The notes under the pieces: generated by a model
The model's input: only the letters and a program-made list of their open reading frames with translations
What the model was told of the DNA's origin: nothing
Database searches by the model: none
Sequence record: SRR20825006_749
Reading direction: 5' to 3' (one strand)
DNA length: 53,929 nt
Position numbers and translations under genes: made by a program
Shown: positions 1-10,321 of the stretch, one piece after another
How positions within the stretch are numbered: position 1 is the stretch's first letter
How the letters are laid out: each line of letters starts with the position of its first letter

Positions 1-100
1 AGGCTATTTTTGTGTCCGGCAAGGCGGAAAAAGCGCGGTGTAGTCACTTTACATGAGCGATTGACAACTGATGCGGAGATGAAAGATGAACAAGCCCTAG
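1..100. repeat. Possible right end of a short MITE-like intergenic repeat, truncated by the window edge
   Basis: Internal imperfect palindrome GTGTAG-TCACT-TTACAT (38-54). The end GAAAGATGAACAAGCCCTAG (81-100) resembles, from memory, the TA-flanked termini of short repeats in marine gammaproteobacteria. No second copy in the window. Confidence 0.35.
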
Positions 101-1059
101 TGCACTAATCCATGTTTGTCTACAAGTCGATACAACATGGCCCTGGAGACCCCCAGGTAGCTCGCGGATTGACTCATGTTGCCATCAAGTTTAACCAATG
201 CAAGCCGGATAGCCTCTTTCTCGGCTTCATCTTTTATGGCTCTGAGCTTGTGCAGAGCGTGTGATGCGTCGTGCTGGGTCAGCCCCAAATCGTGAGCAGT
301 TAAGAGTTGGCCATCGCTCATAATGACGGCTCTTTTTATACGGTTCATCATTTCTCGGATATTGCCATACCAGGCATAGCGCTTCATCTGTTCAAGGCAA
401 TTAGATGAGAATCCTTCGTAGTGTTTTTCATGCTCAGCTGAAAACTTATTGAGAAAATAATAGGCTAGTAGCTCTATGTCCTGTTCACGCTCTCGTAAGG
501 GGGGAGTTTTAATTTCAAGCACGTTTAATCGGTAAAAGAGATCGGCACGAAAGCGTCCCTCTTCAACCGCTTTTTCGAGATCAACATTGCTTGCCGCAAT
601 CACCCTGGTTTTAACTTTTAAAGTATCCGTACTGCCGACCCGTTGTATTGTTCCTTCCTGCAGAAAGCGCAGCAGGTTAGCTTGTTGTTCCAGTCCCAGT
701 TCCCCTATTTCATCAAGAAACAGTGTCCCGTTCTCAGCAGCTTCAATAAATCCCTTTTTACGCTGATGAGCACCTGTAAATGCGCCCTTTTCATAACCGA
801 ATAACGCTGCCTGAATGAGGCTGCTTGTGATGCCACCACAATTCACTGCTATAAAAGCGCCGGTCAAACCAGACATCTCATGTAGTGCCCTTACAACAAG
901 TTCTTTTCCTGTTCCGGTTTCACCGGTAATAAGAACCGGGCTGTCTACGACGGAAGCTTTTTTGATGGTTTGCTTGAGGGATTGAATCAATCTGCTATGA
1001 CCAAGCAAAACGCGGTCAAAAATAAGATTGTCTGTGAGGACTGGGTTAGGAGAAGTCAT
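97..1059 (-). CDS. Sigma-54-dependent enhancer-binding protein (AAA+ and Fis-type HTH) with no N-terminal regulatory domain
   Basis: Walker A GETGTGKE, GAFTGA loop, Walker B LFLDEIG, RADLFYRLNV, WYGNIREM and C-terminal HTH (NMSQSASYLGVSRAMLYR). In-frame TAG six codons upstream of the ATG. Confidence 0.93.
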   Translation of the reverse strand: MTSPNPVLTDNLIFDRVLLGHSRLIQSLKQTIKKASVVDSPVLITGETGTGKELVVRALHEMSGLTGAFIAVNCGGITSSLIQAALFGYEKGAFTGAHQRKKGFIEAAENGTLFLDEIGELGLEQQANLLRFLQEGTIQRVGSTDTLKVKTRVIAASNVDLEKAVEEGRFRADLFYRLNVLEIKTPPLREREQDIELLAYYFLNKFSAEHEKHYEGFSSNCLEQMKRYAWYGNIREMMNRIKRAVIMSDGQLLTAHDLGLTQHDASHALHKLRAIKDEAEKEAIRLALVKLDGNMSQSASYLGVSRAMLYRLVDKHGLVH

Positions 1060-1430
1060 AGCAGGCCAGACCAGCTAAATTGCGGGGATAGCTTTGATTT
1101 TGACGTACTGCGCTCTCTGACCTGATTGCGCATAGCGCCCCCAGCGAAAGCAGACTGTTCCCGTACACTTGCAGAACTCAATGCGAGTGATTTGATTTGT
1201 GTGGATGTCATCAGAGCATGAAGATCAGAGTCTGATTTTTTTGGCGAAGGCTCTTTGAAATCGACAAATTCAACACAGCGTGATGGCAAGGCTAAAACTT
1301 TTATCGCTTGCTGATTAATCTCACCCATCACACGCGCCCAGTATCCTTTTCTGAGGCGAACCATAGATGAGAGTTTGAGGGAATAAAGAAAGCCGCTGAA
1401 AGACAATGGCTTGTAAAGGGTACGCTTCAA
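1056..1430 (-). CDS. Hypothetical protein, 124 aa, TTG start
   Basis: GGGGAAG SD-like sequence before the TTG, and an ATGA stop/start overlap with the activator gene. No recognisable domain. Confidence 0.35.
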   Translation of the reverse strand: MKRTLYKPLSFSGFLYSLKLSSMVRLRKGYWARVMGEINQQAIKVLALPSRCVEFVDFKEPSPKKSDSDLHALMTSTQIKSLALSSASVREQSAFAGGAMRNQVRERSTSKSKLSPQFSWSGLL

Positions 1431-1583
1431 ATTAACTTCCCCTGACCCAGGTTTCTGGGTATAAGAAGTCAGTTAGTCATCAATATCTGACTGAACTGAC
1501 ATATTCATCATAACACTTGAGCACTTTTTATTCAGTCAACATCAAGTGTTAAGGACAGCCTGGGTAAAAATGTCCAATAATTA

Positions 1584-1626
1584 ATTATGTATCTATCGTG
1601 CAAAAAGTCACATTGATCTAAATCAA
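1584..1626 (-). promoter_or_regulatory. Perfect FNR/ANR/DNR box with a class II promoter
   Basis: TTGAT-CTAA-ATCAA at 1613-1626 is an exact consensus match. Minus-strand CATAAT at 1589-1584 places the box at about -42. Confidence 0.75.
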
Positions 1627-1723
1627 GCTCACAGCAACTGTTTAGGTGCTTCGTCAATTAAGCAAGGCGCGTAGGATTAGATAGGTCACTGCATGTGAAG
1701 AAATACTCGGGTAGGTGCAGCAC

Positions 1724-2848
1724 TCACCCCTTCTGACTGACGCTCTGTCTGAAGCGAATAAGAGAAACAATAAAAAAAACCAGGCCTATCAGTAACAGTG
1801 CCAGGATCTCGAATCGAATCACATCCAGACCCGCACCGCGATAGAGAATCGCCTGCGTTCCGGATACATAGTGTGTTGAAGGCATGAATTCCATCAGAAC
1901 TCTTGCCATGGTCGGCATACTCTCCCGAGGTGTGACAGCGCCGGATAGCATCAGCATTGGCATCATTACCAGCATCATCAGTAGTCCGAATTGCGGCATA
2001 CTTCGCGCGATTGTCGCCATGAAAATACCCATCGATGTGGTAGAGAACAGGTATAACCCCGTCAACAAGACAAAAAACCAGACTGAGCCTTGAATGGGTA
2101 TGCCCAACCAGCCCTTGATGACAAAGATGACAGAGAGCGTGGAGGCAATCAGGACGATAAGCCCGGTGGCCCATACTTTTGCCAGCATGATCTCGGCCGG
2201 TGTCATGGGCATCACTAATAAATGCTCAATCGTGCCATGTTCCCTTTCGCGAATAAGTGCAGCCCCAGCGAGAATAATAGAGAGCATCGTGACCATTTCC
2301 ACCAGTTCATTAATCGAGCCAAACCATTTCTGCGACATATTGGGGTTGAAGCGGATACGGTAAGCCAGTTCAACCTGTTCAGTCGGTGTCTGTCGATAGC
2401 GTTGCACAAACGCATTGATTTCATCCGCGACGATCTGTTGTGCATATCCTGCGCCACTGAAAGCCTGTGACATTCGGGTTGCATCCACATTGAGTTGAAT
2501 GGTGGGTGACTTTCCTGCCAGCACATCACGCTGAAAATTCGGTGGAATATCCAGTGAGAAGGTGAAGTAGCCTGCATCGAGACCGGCATCCACTTCCTTT
2601 AAGTCAACCAGATAAGGCGGCTTAAACTCAGGTGGCTGAAAAGCGGAAATGATTCGGTTTGATAAAGGTGAACGATCTTCGTCGACAATGGCGATGGGTA
2701 CCTTGTTCAAGGTGTCAGGCATTGCTGTTGCTGCAATATAAATCAACAAGGAAAAGCCATAGCCAATGAGCACCAGCATGATCGGATCACGCAGAATGCT
2801 CCAGAGTTCTTTGATACCCAGGCGGTAGACATGACTGGCCCGGATCAT
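1724..2848 (-). CDS. yhhJ: ABC-2 type transporter permease
   Basis: KELWSILRD, IVDEDRSPLS and REREHGTIEHLLVMP motifs; multiple TM helices; third gene of the yhiI-rbbA-yhhJ operon. Confidence 0.9.
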   Translation of the reverse strand: MIRASHVYRLGIKELWSILRDPIMLVLIGYGFSLLIYIAATAMPDTLNKVPIAIVDEDRSPLSNRIISAFQPPEFKPPYLVDLKEVDAGLDAGYFTFSLDIPPNFQRDVLAGKSPTIQLNVDATRMSQAFSGAGYAQQIVADEINAFVQRYRQTPTEQVELAYRIRFNPNMSQKWFGSINELVEMVTMLSIILAGAALIREREHGTIEHLLVMPMTPAEIMLAKVWATGLIVLIASTLSVIFVIKGWLGIPIQGSVWFFVLLTGLYLFSTTSMGIFMATIARSMPQFGLLMMLVMMPMLMLSGAVTPRESMPTMARVLMEFMPSTHYVSGTQAILYRGAGLDVIRFEILALLLIGLVFFIVSLIRFRQSVSQKG

Positions 2849-2850
2849 CG

Positions 2851-5586
2851 CTATTTCTCCTGTTTATTCAAGAGAGAAATGGATACTGCCAGTATCACCA
2901 GCGCACCCAGTGCGATAGATAATATAGACGGCAGTAATTCTGGCAATGTCAGCGCTTTGTTGAAGACGCCACGGCTAATCGTGATGAAATGTGTGGTGGG
3001 ATTGATCTCACCGATAATCCTGCCCACACCCTCCAATGAGGAAACCGGATTAATCATTCCTGAAAATTCTATCGTCGGTAACATTGTGGCCATAGCAGTA
3101 AAAAATATGGCGGCGATTTGACTGCGTGTGAACGTTGACGACAACAAACCAAATGCGGTCGCATAGGTGACAAAAAACAGTGAAGCAATGAAGAGTGCAA
3201 TAAAGCTTCCCTTGACGGGCACCCCAAACAGCCACACAGCAAAGGCAGCCATAAACAGAAAGTTAATCATGGCGAGGGCAATATACGGTAGTTGCTTACC
3301 CAGCATAAATTCCGTTCGCGTCACCGGTGTCACGTAAAGGTTAATGATCGAGCCCAATTCTTTTTCCCGAACCACTGCCAGTGCACTGAGTATGGCTGGA
3401 ATTAATAACAGCAACATGGGCATCACGGCAGGGACCATCGCGGGCAAGCTTTTCACATCCGGGTTGTAGCGGAAGCGGGTTTCAATATTAGCCGCAGGCG
3501 GATGCGTGATACCAAGCTGCGATAAGACCCAGCCCTGGTGCATACCTTGCAAATAACCCAGCACAGTCTCTGCACGCTGGGGCATGGCTCCGTCTATCCA
3601 GGCACTGATCTGGACCGCTTTACCCCGTGCCAGATCACGAGAGAAATGAGGGGGAATTTCCAGCGCCAATGCGAGTTCACCAGCGCGCATTCTTGTATCC
3701 AGTTCGGCATAATCCTTGATAGGTGGATGCTCGATGAAATAGCGTGAACCCGACATATTGAGGGTGTAATTCTGACTCAGCATGGTCTGGTCACGATCCA
3801 GCACGGCATAGCTTAGATCATTCACATCCATAGATATGCCATAGCCCATAATCAACAGCAGCAACAGGCTGCCAATCAGGCCCATCGTCAGTCGAACCCA
3901 ATCCTGCTTTAGCTCATGCATTTCACGAATACTGTAGCTGAGTGCACGTCGCCAGCTGAATATCTTATTCTGACTGGATTCAGATGCAGGCCTGTCCCGA
4001 ATCATCGTTTCAGATGTTAAGGACCGCACTGAAGCGCTGGGATCAGCTGCCGGTTCATGTTGTCTCAAATAGGCAATAAAGGCTGCTTCAAGTGACGAAG
4101 CGCCCTGTTTATTAATGAGGCAATCCGGCGCATCTGTATCAAGTACCCGACCGGCATGCATCAGTGAGATGCGATCACAGCGCTCAGCCTCATTCATAAA
4201 ATGCGTTGAGATGAAGATGGTCACTTTGTCATGTCGGGACAACTCAATCAGCAGGGCCCAAAAAGTATCTCTGGCAATGGGATCGACACCGGATGTGGGT
4301 TCGTCCAGAATTAATATTTCAGGTTTATGCACCACGGCAACTGCCAGAGAGAGACGCTGTCGCATGCCCAGTGGTAACTTATCCGGCAGACTGGTTGCGA
4401 CATGATTGAGTCCAAAACGTGACATCAGGGCATTCACGCGTTCAGGGATAAGTTCTGCCGGTACATTAAAGAGCTGGGCATGCAAAACCAGGTTTTGCTT
4501 AACACTGAGTTCGCTGTACAGAGAAAATGCCTGCGTCATATAACCAACACGCTGCCGTGTTTCAATGTCGCTGGTTTTGACCTGATGACCAAACAGGCTT
4601 GCCTGTCCTTCGCTGGGTGTTAACAGCCCTGTCAGCATTTTCATCGTGGTGGTTTTGCCACAGCCATTGGAACCGATGAAACCAAAAATCTCACCGCGCC
4701 TGATTTCAAAGTTCACGTGATCGACGGCGACAAAATCACCAAAGCACATGGTCAGCTCTCTGGCCTCGATGGCCAGCTCACCGTGGTTGGTGAACGCTGG
4801 AATCGACATGGCAGAATGCCCCTGTTTCTTGGTTTCAGGCAGTAAGGCGATAAAGGCTTCTTCAATGCTGCTGGTATTTGTGGCCTGATTTAATGCTGCC
4901 GGCGTGCCTGTCGCCAGGATTTGGCCATCATCCATTGCGACCAAAAAATCAAACCGCTCCGCCTCTTCCATGTAGGCTGTCGCGACCAGCACACTCATAC
5001 TAGGACGCTGCGCTCTTATCTGATTTATCAGTTGCCAAAACTGGTTTCTGGACAAGGGATCGACGCCGGTGGTCGGCTCATCCAGTATCAGTAAATCCGG
5101 ATCATGAATCAGCGCGCAACACAGCGCCAGTTTCTGCTTCATCCCACCTGATAATTTGCCTGCAGGACGGTCAAGGAATGGATAAAGCCCCGTCGCCCTG
5201 GTCAGGTGATCTATCCGCTGCCGACGCGCATGTCGGTCATGACCGAATAAACGACTGACAAACTGCAGGTTGTCCTCCACTGACAGTGAAAGACTTAAAT
5301 TCTTGCCCAGCCCTTGAGGCATATAGGCAATACGGGGACAGACCTGCTTACGATGACGTCGTGATGCCATATCACCACCCAGCACATTGAGAGAACCACG
5401 CTGAAGTTTTCGGGCACCCGCGATAAGTGATAGCAGACTGGATTTGCCGACCCCATCCGGGCCAATCAAGCCAACGATAGTGCCGGCAGGTATGGTCAGA
5501 TTAATAGCCCGTAGTGCTTGTTTGGAACGATAGTTCAGGCTGACATCGACCAGTTCGACGACGGCTGCTTTATCGCCTTGCCCCAT
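2851..5586 (-). CDS. rbbA: RbbA-type fused ABC protein (two ATPase domains plus ABC-2 permease)
   Basis: Walker A GPDGVGKS and [15 protein letters not shown], two LDEPT Walker B motifs, C-terminal permease with REKELGSI; 911 aa. Confidence 0.93.
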   Translation of the reverse strand: MGQGDKAAVVELVDVSLNYRSKQALRAINLTIPAGTIVGLIGPDGVGKSSLLSLIAGARKLQRGSLNVLGGDMASRRHRKQVCPRIAYMPQGLGKNLSLSLSVEDNLQFVSRLFGHDRHARRQRIDHLTRATGLYPFLDRPAGKLSGGMKQKLALCCALIHDPDLLILDEPTTGVDPLSRNQFWQLINQIRAQRPSMSVLVATAYMEEAERFDFLVAMDDGQILATGTPAALNQATNTSSIEEAFIALLPETKKQGHSAMSIPAFTNHGELAIEARELTMCFGDFVAVDHVNFEIRRGEIFGFIGSNGCGKTTTMKMLTGLLTPSEGQASLFGHQVKTSDIETRQRVGYMTQAFSLYSELSVKQNLVLHAQLFNVPAELIPERVNALMSRFGLNHVATSLPDKLPLGMRQRLSLAVAVVHKPEILILDEPTSGVDPIARDTFWALLIELSRHDKVTIFISTHFMNEAERCDRISLMHAGRVLDTDAPDCLINKQGASSLEAAFIAYLRQHEPAADPSASVRSLTSETMIRDRPASESSQNKIFSWRRALSYSIREMHELKQDWVRLTMGLIGSLLLLLIMGYGISMDVNDLSYAVLDRDQTMLSQNYTLNMSGSRYFIEHPPIKDYAELDTRMRAGELALALEIPPHFSRDLARGKAVQISAWIDGAMPQRAETVLGYLQGMHQGWVLSQLGITHPPAANIETRFRYNPDVKSLPAMVPAVMPMLLLLIPAILSALAVVREKELGSIINLYVTPVTRTEFMLGKQLPYIALAMINFLFMAAFAVWLFGVPVKGSFIALFIASLFFVTYATAFGLLSSTFTRSQIAAIFFTAMATMLPTIEFSGMINPVSSLEGVGRIIGEINPTTHFITISRGVFNKALTLPELLPSILSIALGALVILAVSISLLNKQEK

Positions 5587-6656
5587 TATTCAGGCACATT
5601 GATCTGAAGCGAGGCCGGCCAGCTTGCCTCTGGAGCAAGTTTCAGCCAGGCCACCCCCGGTAATCCGGTTTTTACCTGCCGGATATGTTTTGCCAGCAAA
5701 TCAGGGGGAATACGTACTTTCACACGGAACATCAGTTTTTGCCTTTCCTCTGCCGTCTCCACGGTTTTGGGCGTGAATTGGGCCACACTGGATATATAAC
5801 TGACTTTGGCAGGGATGACATAATCAGGGAAGGTATCCAACACAATACGTGCGTCACTACCGAGCGCGACCTGACCGACAACGGTTTCAGGAAGGAAGAA
5901 GGTCATATATACATCAGTCAAATCGACCATATTGATGACTTTACCGCCGCTGGCTAATACTTCTCCGGGTTCTGCAACTCGGTACTGCACTCGTCCGTCT
6001 CTGGGGGCTTTGAGCTGACTATCCGCAATATCCACTTCGATGCGTTCAATCGTTGCTTCCACGGCTGTGACAGCAGATTGGGCACCATTCACCTGTGATT
6101 GCGCTGAAATGACGGCGGCTTCGGCGGCCTTGACCTGTGCTCTGGCAGCAACCAGCGTGGCTTGAGCACTCCTGACAGCTGCCTCATCGTCATCGAGTTG
6201 CTGCCTGGATGCTGAGCCTTTCTGTGTCAGGCTTTGGGTCCGGTTATAGCGACGCTGTGCGTTTTCCAGCTCACTGGTACGCTGCACGACTAAGGCTTTT
6301 GCTGCTGCGACCTCACTCTCCTGTACCGCAACCTGGGCCTGGGCACTGGCGACGGCGTTCATCGCTTTTTGTAATTCGGCCCGTGCTTCGTTGAGTTGTG
6401 CATTCAGCACATCGATTTGCATACTGGCAACGATATCGCCAGCTTCAATGAAGTCACCTTCATTGGCATAAATCGCTATCACCCGGCCCGCGTACTTAGT
6501 GGCAATATCTATTTCTGTGGCTTCAATCCGTCCATTTCCATTAACGAGATAATCAGCAGCCTGTGACTTTTCCTGCGTGAACCAAAACCAGACAGCGATA
6601 ATGACTACGGCAATGAGCACTATCAAAAGCAGTATCTTTTTAACAGTGTCTCTCAT
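5586..6656 (-). CDS. yhiI: HlyD-family periplasmic adaptor
   Basis: N-terminal TM helix, [15 protein letters not shown], coiled coil, [10 protein letters not shown]; overlaps the rbbA start. Confidence 0.9.
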   Translation of the reverse strand: MRDTVKKILLLIVLIAVVIIAVWFWFTQEKSQAADYLVNGNGRIEATEIDIATKYAGRVIAIYANEGDFIEAGDIVASMQIDVLNAQLNEARAELQKAMNAVASAQAQVAVQESEVAAAKALVVQRTSELENAQRRYNRTQSLTQKGSASRQQLDDDEAAVRSAQATLVAARAQVKAAEAAVISAQSQVNGAQSAVTAVEATIERIEVDIADSQLKAPRDGRVQYRVAEPGEVLASGGKVINMVDLTDVYMTFFLPETVVGQVALGSDARIVLDTFPDYVIPAKVSYISSVAQFTPKTVETAEERQKLMFRVKVRIPPDLLAKHIRQVKTGLPGVAWLKLAPEASWPASLQINVPE

Positions 6657-6848
6657 GCGGCTTCCTTCGCTATCATGAATTCAGGGCATCTGTTGCCAGA
6701 TGGAAAAGACTATTTGCATTTTGGCCTGCATGAACGTGATTCACCGGTTCGAGCCGCTCTACTCATTTGTACTCATTCCATAGTCTTCACGACTGAGATA
6801 CCGTTGCTTAATACTAAGGCTAGCACTGTCGCAGAATCAATCATTTAA

Positions 6849-6890
6849 ACTTTAAGTGATTATCAGTTCCGCTCAACTGATTCAGATCAA
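6849..6890 (-). promoter_or_regulatory. FNR box and -10 element for yhiI-rbbA-yhhJ
   Basis: Minus-strand TTGAT-CTGA-ATCAG (6890-6877, 9/10 consensus). TAAAGT at 6854-6849 places the box centre at exactly -41.5. Confidence 0.7.
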
Positions 6891-6933
6891 TATTGCCTGA
6901 ATGGCCTGAATATATTTACGTCCTTTTATTTAT

Positions 6934-7773
6934 TTAAGACCAGCTGGAATCCATTCTGGATGAGTCAAACAACGCGGTTATCTGCTCATGAAAACGGTCT
7001 CGATCGGCTTTTCTGTAGAGTACATAGGCCGGGAATGTGAATTCAGGGTATTCAGATTTGCGCTCTAATAACCCTGCCCGAATATGCTGCTCCACGACCC
7101 GCGTTCTGAAATAGCCGCTACCGCCATTTTCCAGAATGTAGTACAAGGCAAGTGGTCCCAGATTCACTGTGAGTTTAGCGCGTGAGAATTCCGGTAATGC
7201 CACATCATGCTGTTTTCTGAATTCTTCACCCCAGTCGATATAAACATAGGGCTCTGGCGAAACGTTTGAGGCCACCATGATCAGCTTTTCCTCAAGCAGT
7301 TCCTCCACTTGGATCCCCGGCCAGTACTCTGGTTGGTGGACCACAACAATATCCAGCACACCATGTTCAAGCTTTTGCATTAGGGAGTGACGTTCGTCGA
7401 TTTCGGCTCTGACAGCGAGTTCACTGTCGGCAATATTGAGTGTGTTCAGCCACTGCAGCATGACGGGACTCCACAGGCTGATTTCTCCGCCGATATTCAG
7501 AACCTGGCGAGTACCGGCTGGCAGAGGCAAGTCACGCTTCGCTGCTTCCCAGCTTTGTACCAGTTTGGAAGCATGTTCAATAAAACGCTGCCCATCCGCA
7601 GTCAGGCTGGCACCGGAACGATTTCTGATAAACAGTTTACAACCGAGCTGACCTTCCAGATTGTGCACTCGTGCTGTCACCGTCGTCTGAGTCACATGCA
7701 GCTTTTCCGCTGCCGCAATAAAGCTGCCGCTGCGGACAATTTCCAGAAAAGTACGGGCGAGATTGAGATCCAT
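6934..7773 (-). CDS. LysR-family transcriptional regulator
   Basis: N-terminal HTH (GSFIAAAEKLHVTQTTVTARVHNLEGQLGCKLFIR) plus substrate-binding domain; divergent from ccoN. Confidence 0.93.
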   Translation of the reverse strand: MDLNLARTFLEIVRSGSFIAAAEKLHVTQTTVTARVHNLEGQLGCKLFIRNRSGASLTADGQRFIEHASKLVQSWEAAKRDLPLPAGTRQVLNIGGEISLWSPVMLQWLNTLNIADSELAVRAEIDERHSLMQKLEHGVLDIVVVHQPEYWPGIQVEELLEEKLIMVASNVSPEPYVYIDWGEEFRKQHDVALPEFSRAKLTVNLGPLALYYILENGGSGYFRTRVVEQHIRAGLLERKSEYPEFTFPAYVLYRKADRDRFHEQITALFDSSRMDSSWS

Positions 7774-7959
7774 ATAGGTTTTTTTGATATTAAGTGAAGT
7801 TAATATTCATTATACACATGGATTCAATGCTCCCATAATGAGCTCGTTTGTCTGGAACTGTAAAAGCGATTAGGAACAGGCCTGAGAGTCACTTCTCCTG
7901 TCGCCCTCTTCCTGTAGTGATAAGGAGCGAGAAATCGAACAGTTGATGGGCTCCTGGGA

Positions 7960-7974
7960 ATAAAAATTATTCAT
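7960..7974. promoter_or_regulatory. Candidate LysR T-N11-A site upstream of ccoN
   Basis: ATAAAAATTATTCAT about 83 nt upstream of the ccoN ATG. A second inverted repeat, ATATTAA-N6-TTAATAT, lies at 7787-7806 next to the lysR start. Confidence 0.35.
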
Positions 7975-8056
7975 CACAAAAGCGTCCAGATTTATCAATG
8001 TGCCGTTCAGATTCGGCGATGTTGATCCGCGATCACCACAGATTAAGGTAAATTCG

Positions 8057-9481
8057 ATGCAATCCGTCTCAAAATACAATACTGACATCACTAAATGGTT
8101 TGTCGTGATGGCGAGTATTTATCTGGTACTGGGCACCGGGGTGGGTGTGTATATCGCCAGTGAACTGGCCTGGCCGATACTCAATTTTGATAATCCGTAT
8201 ATCAGTTTTGGCCGCCTCCGTCCTGTACATACCAACATCGTGGTTTACGGTTTTGGTGGGTCTGTACTGATGGCAACGGCCTACTATGTGGTGCAGCGAA
8301 CCTGCTATGTTCGCCTGTGGAGCGATAAACTGGCCTGGTTCACTTTCTGGGGATGGAACCTGTATGTGCTCGGCGCCATCATTACCCTGCCGCTCGGCTT
8401 CACCCAGGGGAAGGAATATGCCGAACTGGAATGGCCTTTCGATATTCTGCTGACAGCAGTCTGGCTGGTTTACAGCTTCAACTTCATGATGACGCTGCAC
8501 CAGCGGAAAGTCTCACATATCTACGTGGCTAACTGGTTTTTCCTGTCAATGATGATCATGTTCACCTATTTGCATGTGGTGAACAGCCTGTCGATCCCGG
8601 TCGAGTTATTTAAATCCTACTCCATTTTTGCCGGGGTGCAGGACGCGATGATTCAATGGTGGTGGGGTCACAACGCTATCGGTTTTTATCTGACCGCGGG
8701 CTTCCTGGGCATCATGTATTACTTCGTTCCCAAACAGGCAGAGCGTCCGGTTTATTCATATCGTTTATCTGTTATTCACTTCTGGGCTTTGATCTTTGGC
8801 TATGTCTGGCTTGGTTCTCACCATCTGCAATACACCGCCCTGCCTGACTGGACCGGTTCTCTGGGGGCTGCCATATCACTTGCCATGATTATTCCGTCCT
8901 GGGGGGGCGCCATCAACGGCATGTTCACATTGAGTGGTGCCTGGGACAAGCTAAGAACGGATTATATTTTACGTTTTCTGATTGTTTCACTGGCTTTCTA
9001 CGCCATGTCAACATTCGAAGGGCCAGTGATGGCATCAAAAACTGTGAATGCCCTGTCTCACTACACGGACTGGACCATCGGCCATGTTCACTCCGGCGCC
9101 CTTGGCTGGGTCGCCATGATATCTATCGGCGCGCTTTATCATATGGTTGAGAAGCTTTGGAATACCCGCCTGTACTCGGTAAAACTTGTGAATGCCCATT
9201 TCTGGCTTGCTACCGTGGGGACCGCAATCTACATCACATCAATGTGGGTTGCGGGTATCATGCAGGGACTCATGTGGCGGGCCTATGACAACTACGGCAA
9301 CCTGTCTTATACCTTTGTTGAGTCCGTTGCCCAAATGCATCCGTACTACGCTATTCGTGTTGTTGGTGGGTTTCTGTTTTTCCTGGGAGCCTGCGTGATG
9401 CTCTTCAATGTGCTTGCAACCATCAGTCAGGCGATAAGAGAATCCAGGGCTGGATATGTAGCAAGTACAGCGACAACATAA
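8057..9481 (+). CDS. ccoN: cbb3-type cytochrome c oxidase subunit I (orphan copy)
   Basis: [40 protein letters not shown] and [13 protein letters not shown] cover the heme/CuB ligands and the cross-link Tyr. ATG at 8057 follows AAGG. Confidence 0.95.
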   Translation: MQSVSKYNTDITKWFVVMASIYLVLGTGVGVYIASELAWPILNFDNPYISFGRLRPVHTNIVVYGFGGSVLMATAYYVVQRTCYVRLWSDKLAWFTFWGWNLYVLGAIITLPLGFTQGKEYAELEWPFDILLTAVWLVYSFNFMMTLHQRKVSHIYVANWFFLSMMIMFTYLHVVNSLSIPVELFKSYSIFAGVQDAMIQWWWGHNAIGFYLTAGFLGIMYYFVPKQAERPVYSYRLSVIHFWALIFGYVWLGSHHLQYTALPDWTGSLGAAISLAMIIPSWGGAINGMFTLSGAWDKLRTDYILRFLIVSLAFYAMSTFEGPVMASKTVNALSHYTDWTIGHVHSGALGWVAMISIGALYHMVEKLWNTRLYSVKLVNAHFWLATVGTAIYITSMWVAGIMQGLMWRAYDNYGNLSYTFVESVAQMHPYYAIRVVGGFLFFLGACVMLFNVLATISQAIRESRAGYVASTATT

Positions 9482-9483
9482 AC

Positions 9484-9726
9484 ATGATGCATCAGCTTCT
9501 GTTTATTTTAGGTGATTCTCTAGCAGCAGCTCAGCTGACAGGTCTACTGGTTGATGTTGTCATTGTGAACGTATTAATTCTGGTGTCAAAAAGGGTGTTT
9601 TCCCCTGAGAATGAAGCGCGTTTCATGGAGGAAAGTCTTATTCCACTCGAAGATGACACTGAGGAAGAGAAACTACGGCGCCGGAGGCCTGCTGAACCCA
9701 GCCCGCGTGGATGTCTGGATGCCTGA
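9484..9726 (+). CDS. ccoQ: CcoQ-like small subunit
   Basis: One TM helix followed by FSPENEARFMEESLIPLEDD, which matches the CcoQ pattern F.EA..IPL.DD; starts 2 nt after ccoN. Confidence 0.6.
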   Translation: MMHQLLFILGDSLAAAQLTGLLVDVVIVNVLILVSKRVFSPENEARFMEESLIPLEDDTEEEKLRRRRPAEPSPRGCLDA

Positions 9727-9880
9727 AATTTGCTGAGATCCGGAGTTCAATAACTCAGAGCCGGTTTGTTCATAGGAAATGTTGAATAGTCATAAACCGG
9801 ACTTTGAAACTCATCTGAGCTTATCGGTCTGCATTGTTTATGTTCCGGTAGTTGAAATCATCGCCATCAGCGCTACAAAT

Positions 9881-9909
9881 TTGATTTGTCCCGGTTCCGG
9901 TCATATCAT
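9881..9909 (+). promoter_or_regulatory. Candidate sigma-70 promoter for the leader-czcCBA operon
   Basis: TTGATT (9881-9886), 17-nt spacer, TATCAT (9904-9909). Confidence 0.5.
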
Positions 9910-9937
9910 GGGTAAACTCATTCAATAAGTCAGTAAT

Positions 9938-10258
9938 GTGAAGCCGAATTTCTTTGTCACAATCAGTTTGCTTGTCTGCATGGTTTTTGCGACTGGTGCT
10001 TCGGCTTTTTTGCATTTGAACGAGCATCAGTATTCCGGTTCTGACCATCATCATTCAGCCGATTCTGAACACCAGCATGCCAATGGAACCACGCATGAAG
10101 CTGATCATGCCCATCATTTCAATCTGCATGTGGTGGGTGACCTGGTTGAGCATGACAGTATCAGCTTTATCAAGTCAGCTAATCTCACCTCCGGCGAAGT
10201 CATCACCCCGTTGGTATCACGCACCTACACGCCCCCTATTCCCCCACCCAACGCCTGA
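9938..10258 (+). CDS. Secreted His-rich leader protein (CzcI-like position) ending in PPIPPP; candidate arrest peptide
   Basis: GTG start, signal peptide ending in ASA, 13 His residues, C-terminus SRTYTPPIPPPNA; directly upstream of czcC. Confidence 0.75.
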   Translation: MKPNFFVTISLLVCMVFATGASAFLHLNEHQYSGSDHHHSADSEHQHANGTTHEADHAHHFNLHVVGDLVEHDSISFIKSANLTSGEVITPLVSRTYTPPIPPPNA

Positions 10259-10319
10259 ACCTGTAGCACTCAACCTTTTTTAACACGCTGAAAGCGTGAG
10301 AATTTGCTATGGGAATTCA
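10256..10319 (+). promoter_or_regulatory. Predicted RNA stem sequestering the czcC ribosome-binding site
   Basis: TGAA-CCTGTAGCA (10256-10268, begins at the leader stop codon) pairs with TGCTATGGG-aa-TTCA (10305-10319, contains the GGGA SD). Inner hairpin CACGCT-GAA-AGCGTG (10284-10298). Confidence 0.6.
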
Positions 10320-10321
10320 CC

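Noticed and set aside
8022-8036. FNR-like TTGAT-CCGCG-ATCAC before ccoN
   Set aside because: The spacer is 5 nt rather than 4, and the site is too close to the start codon for an activating position.
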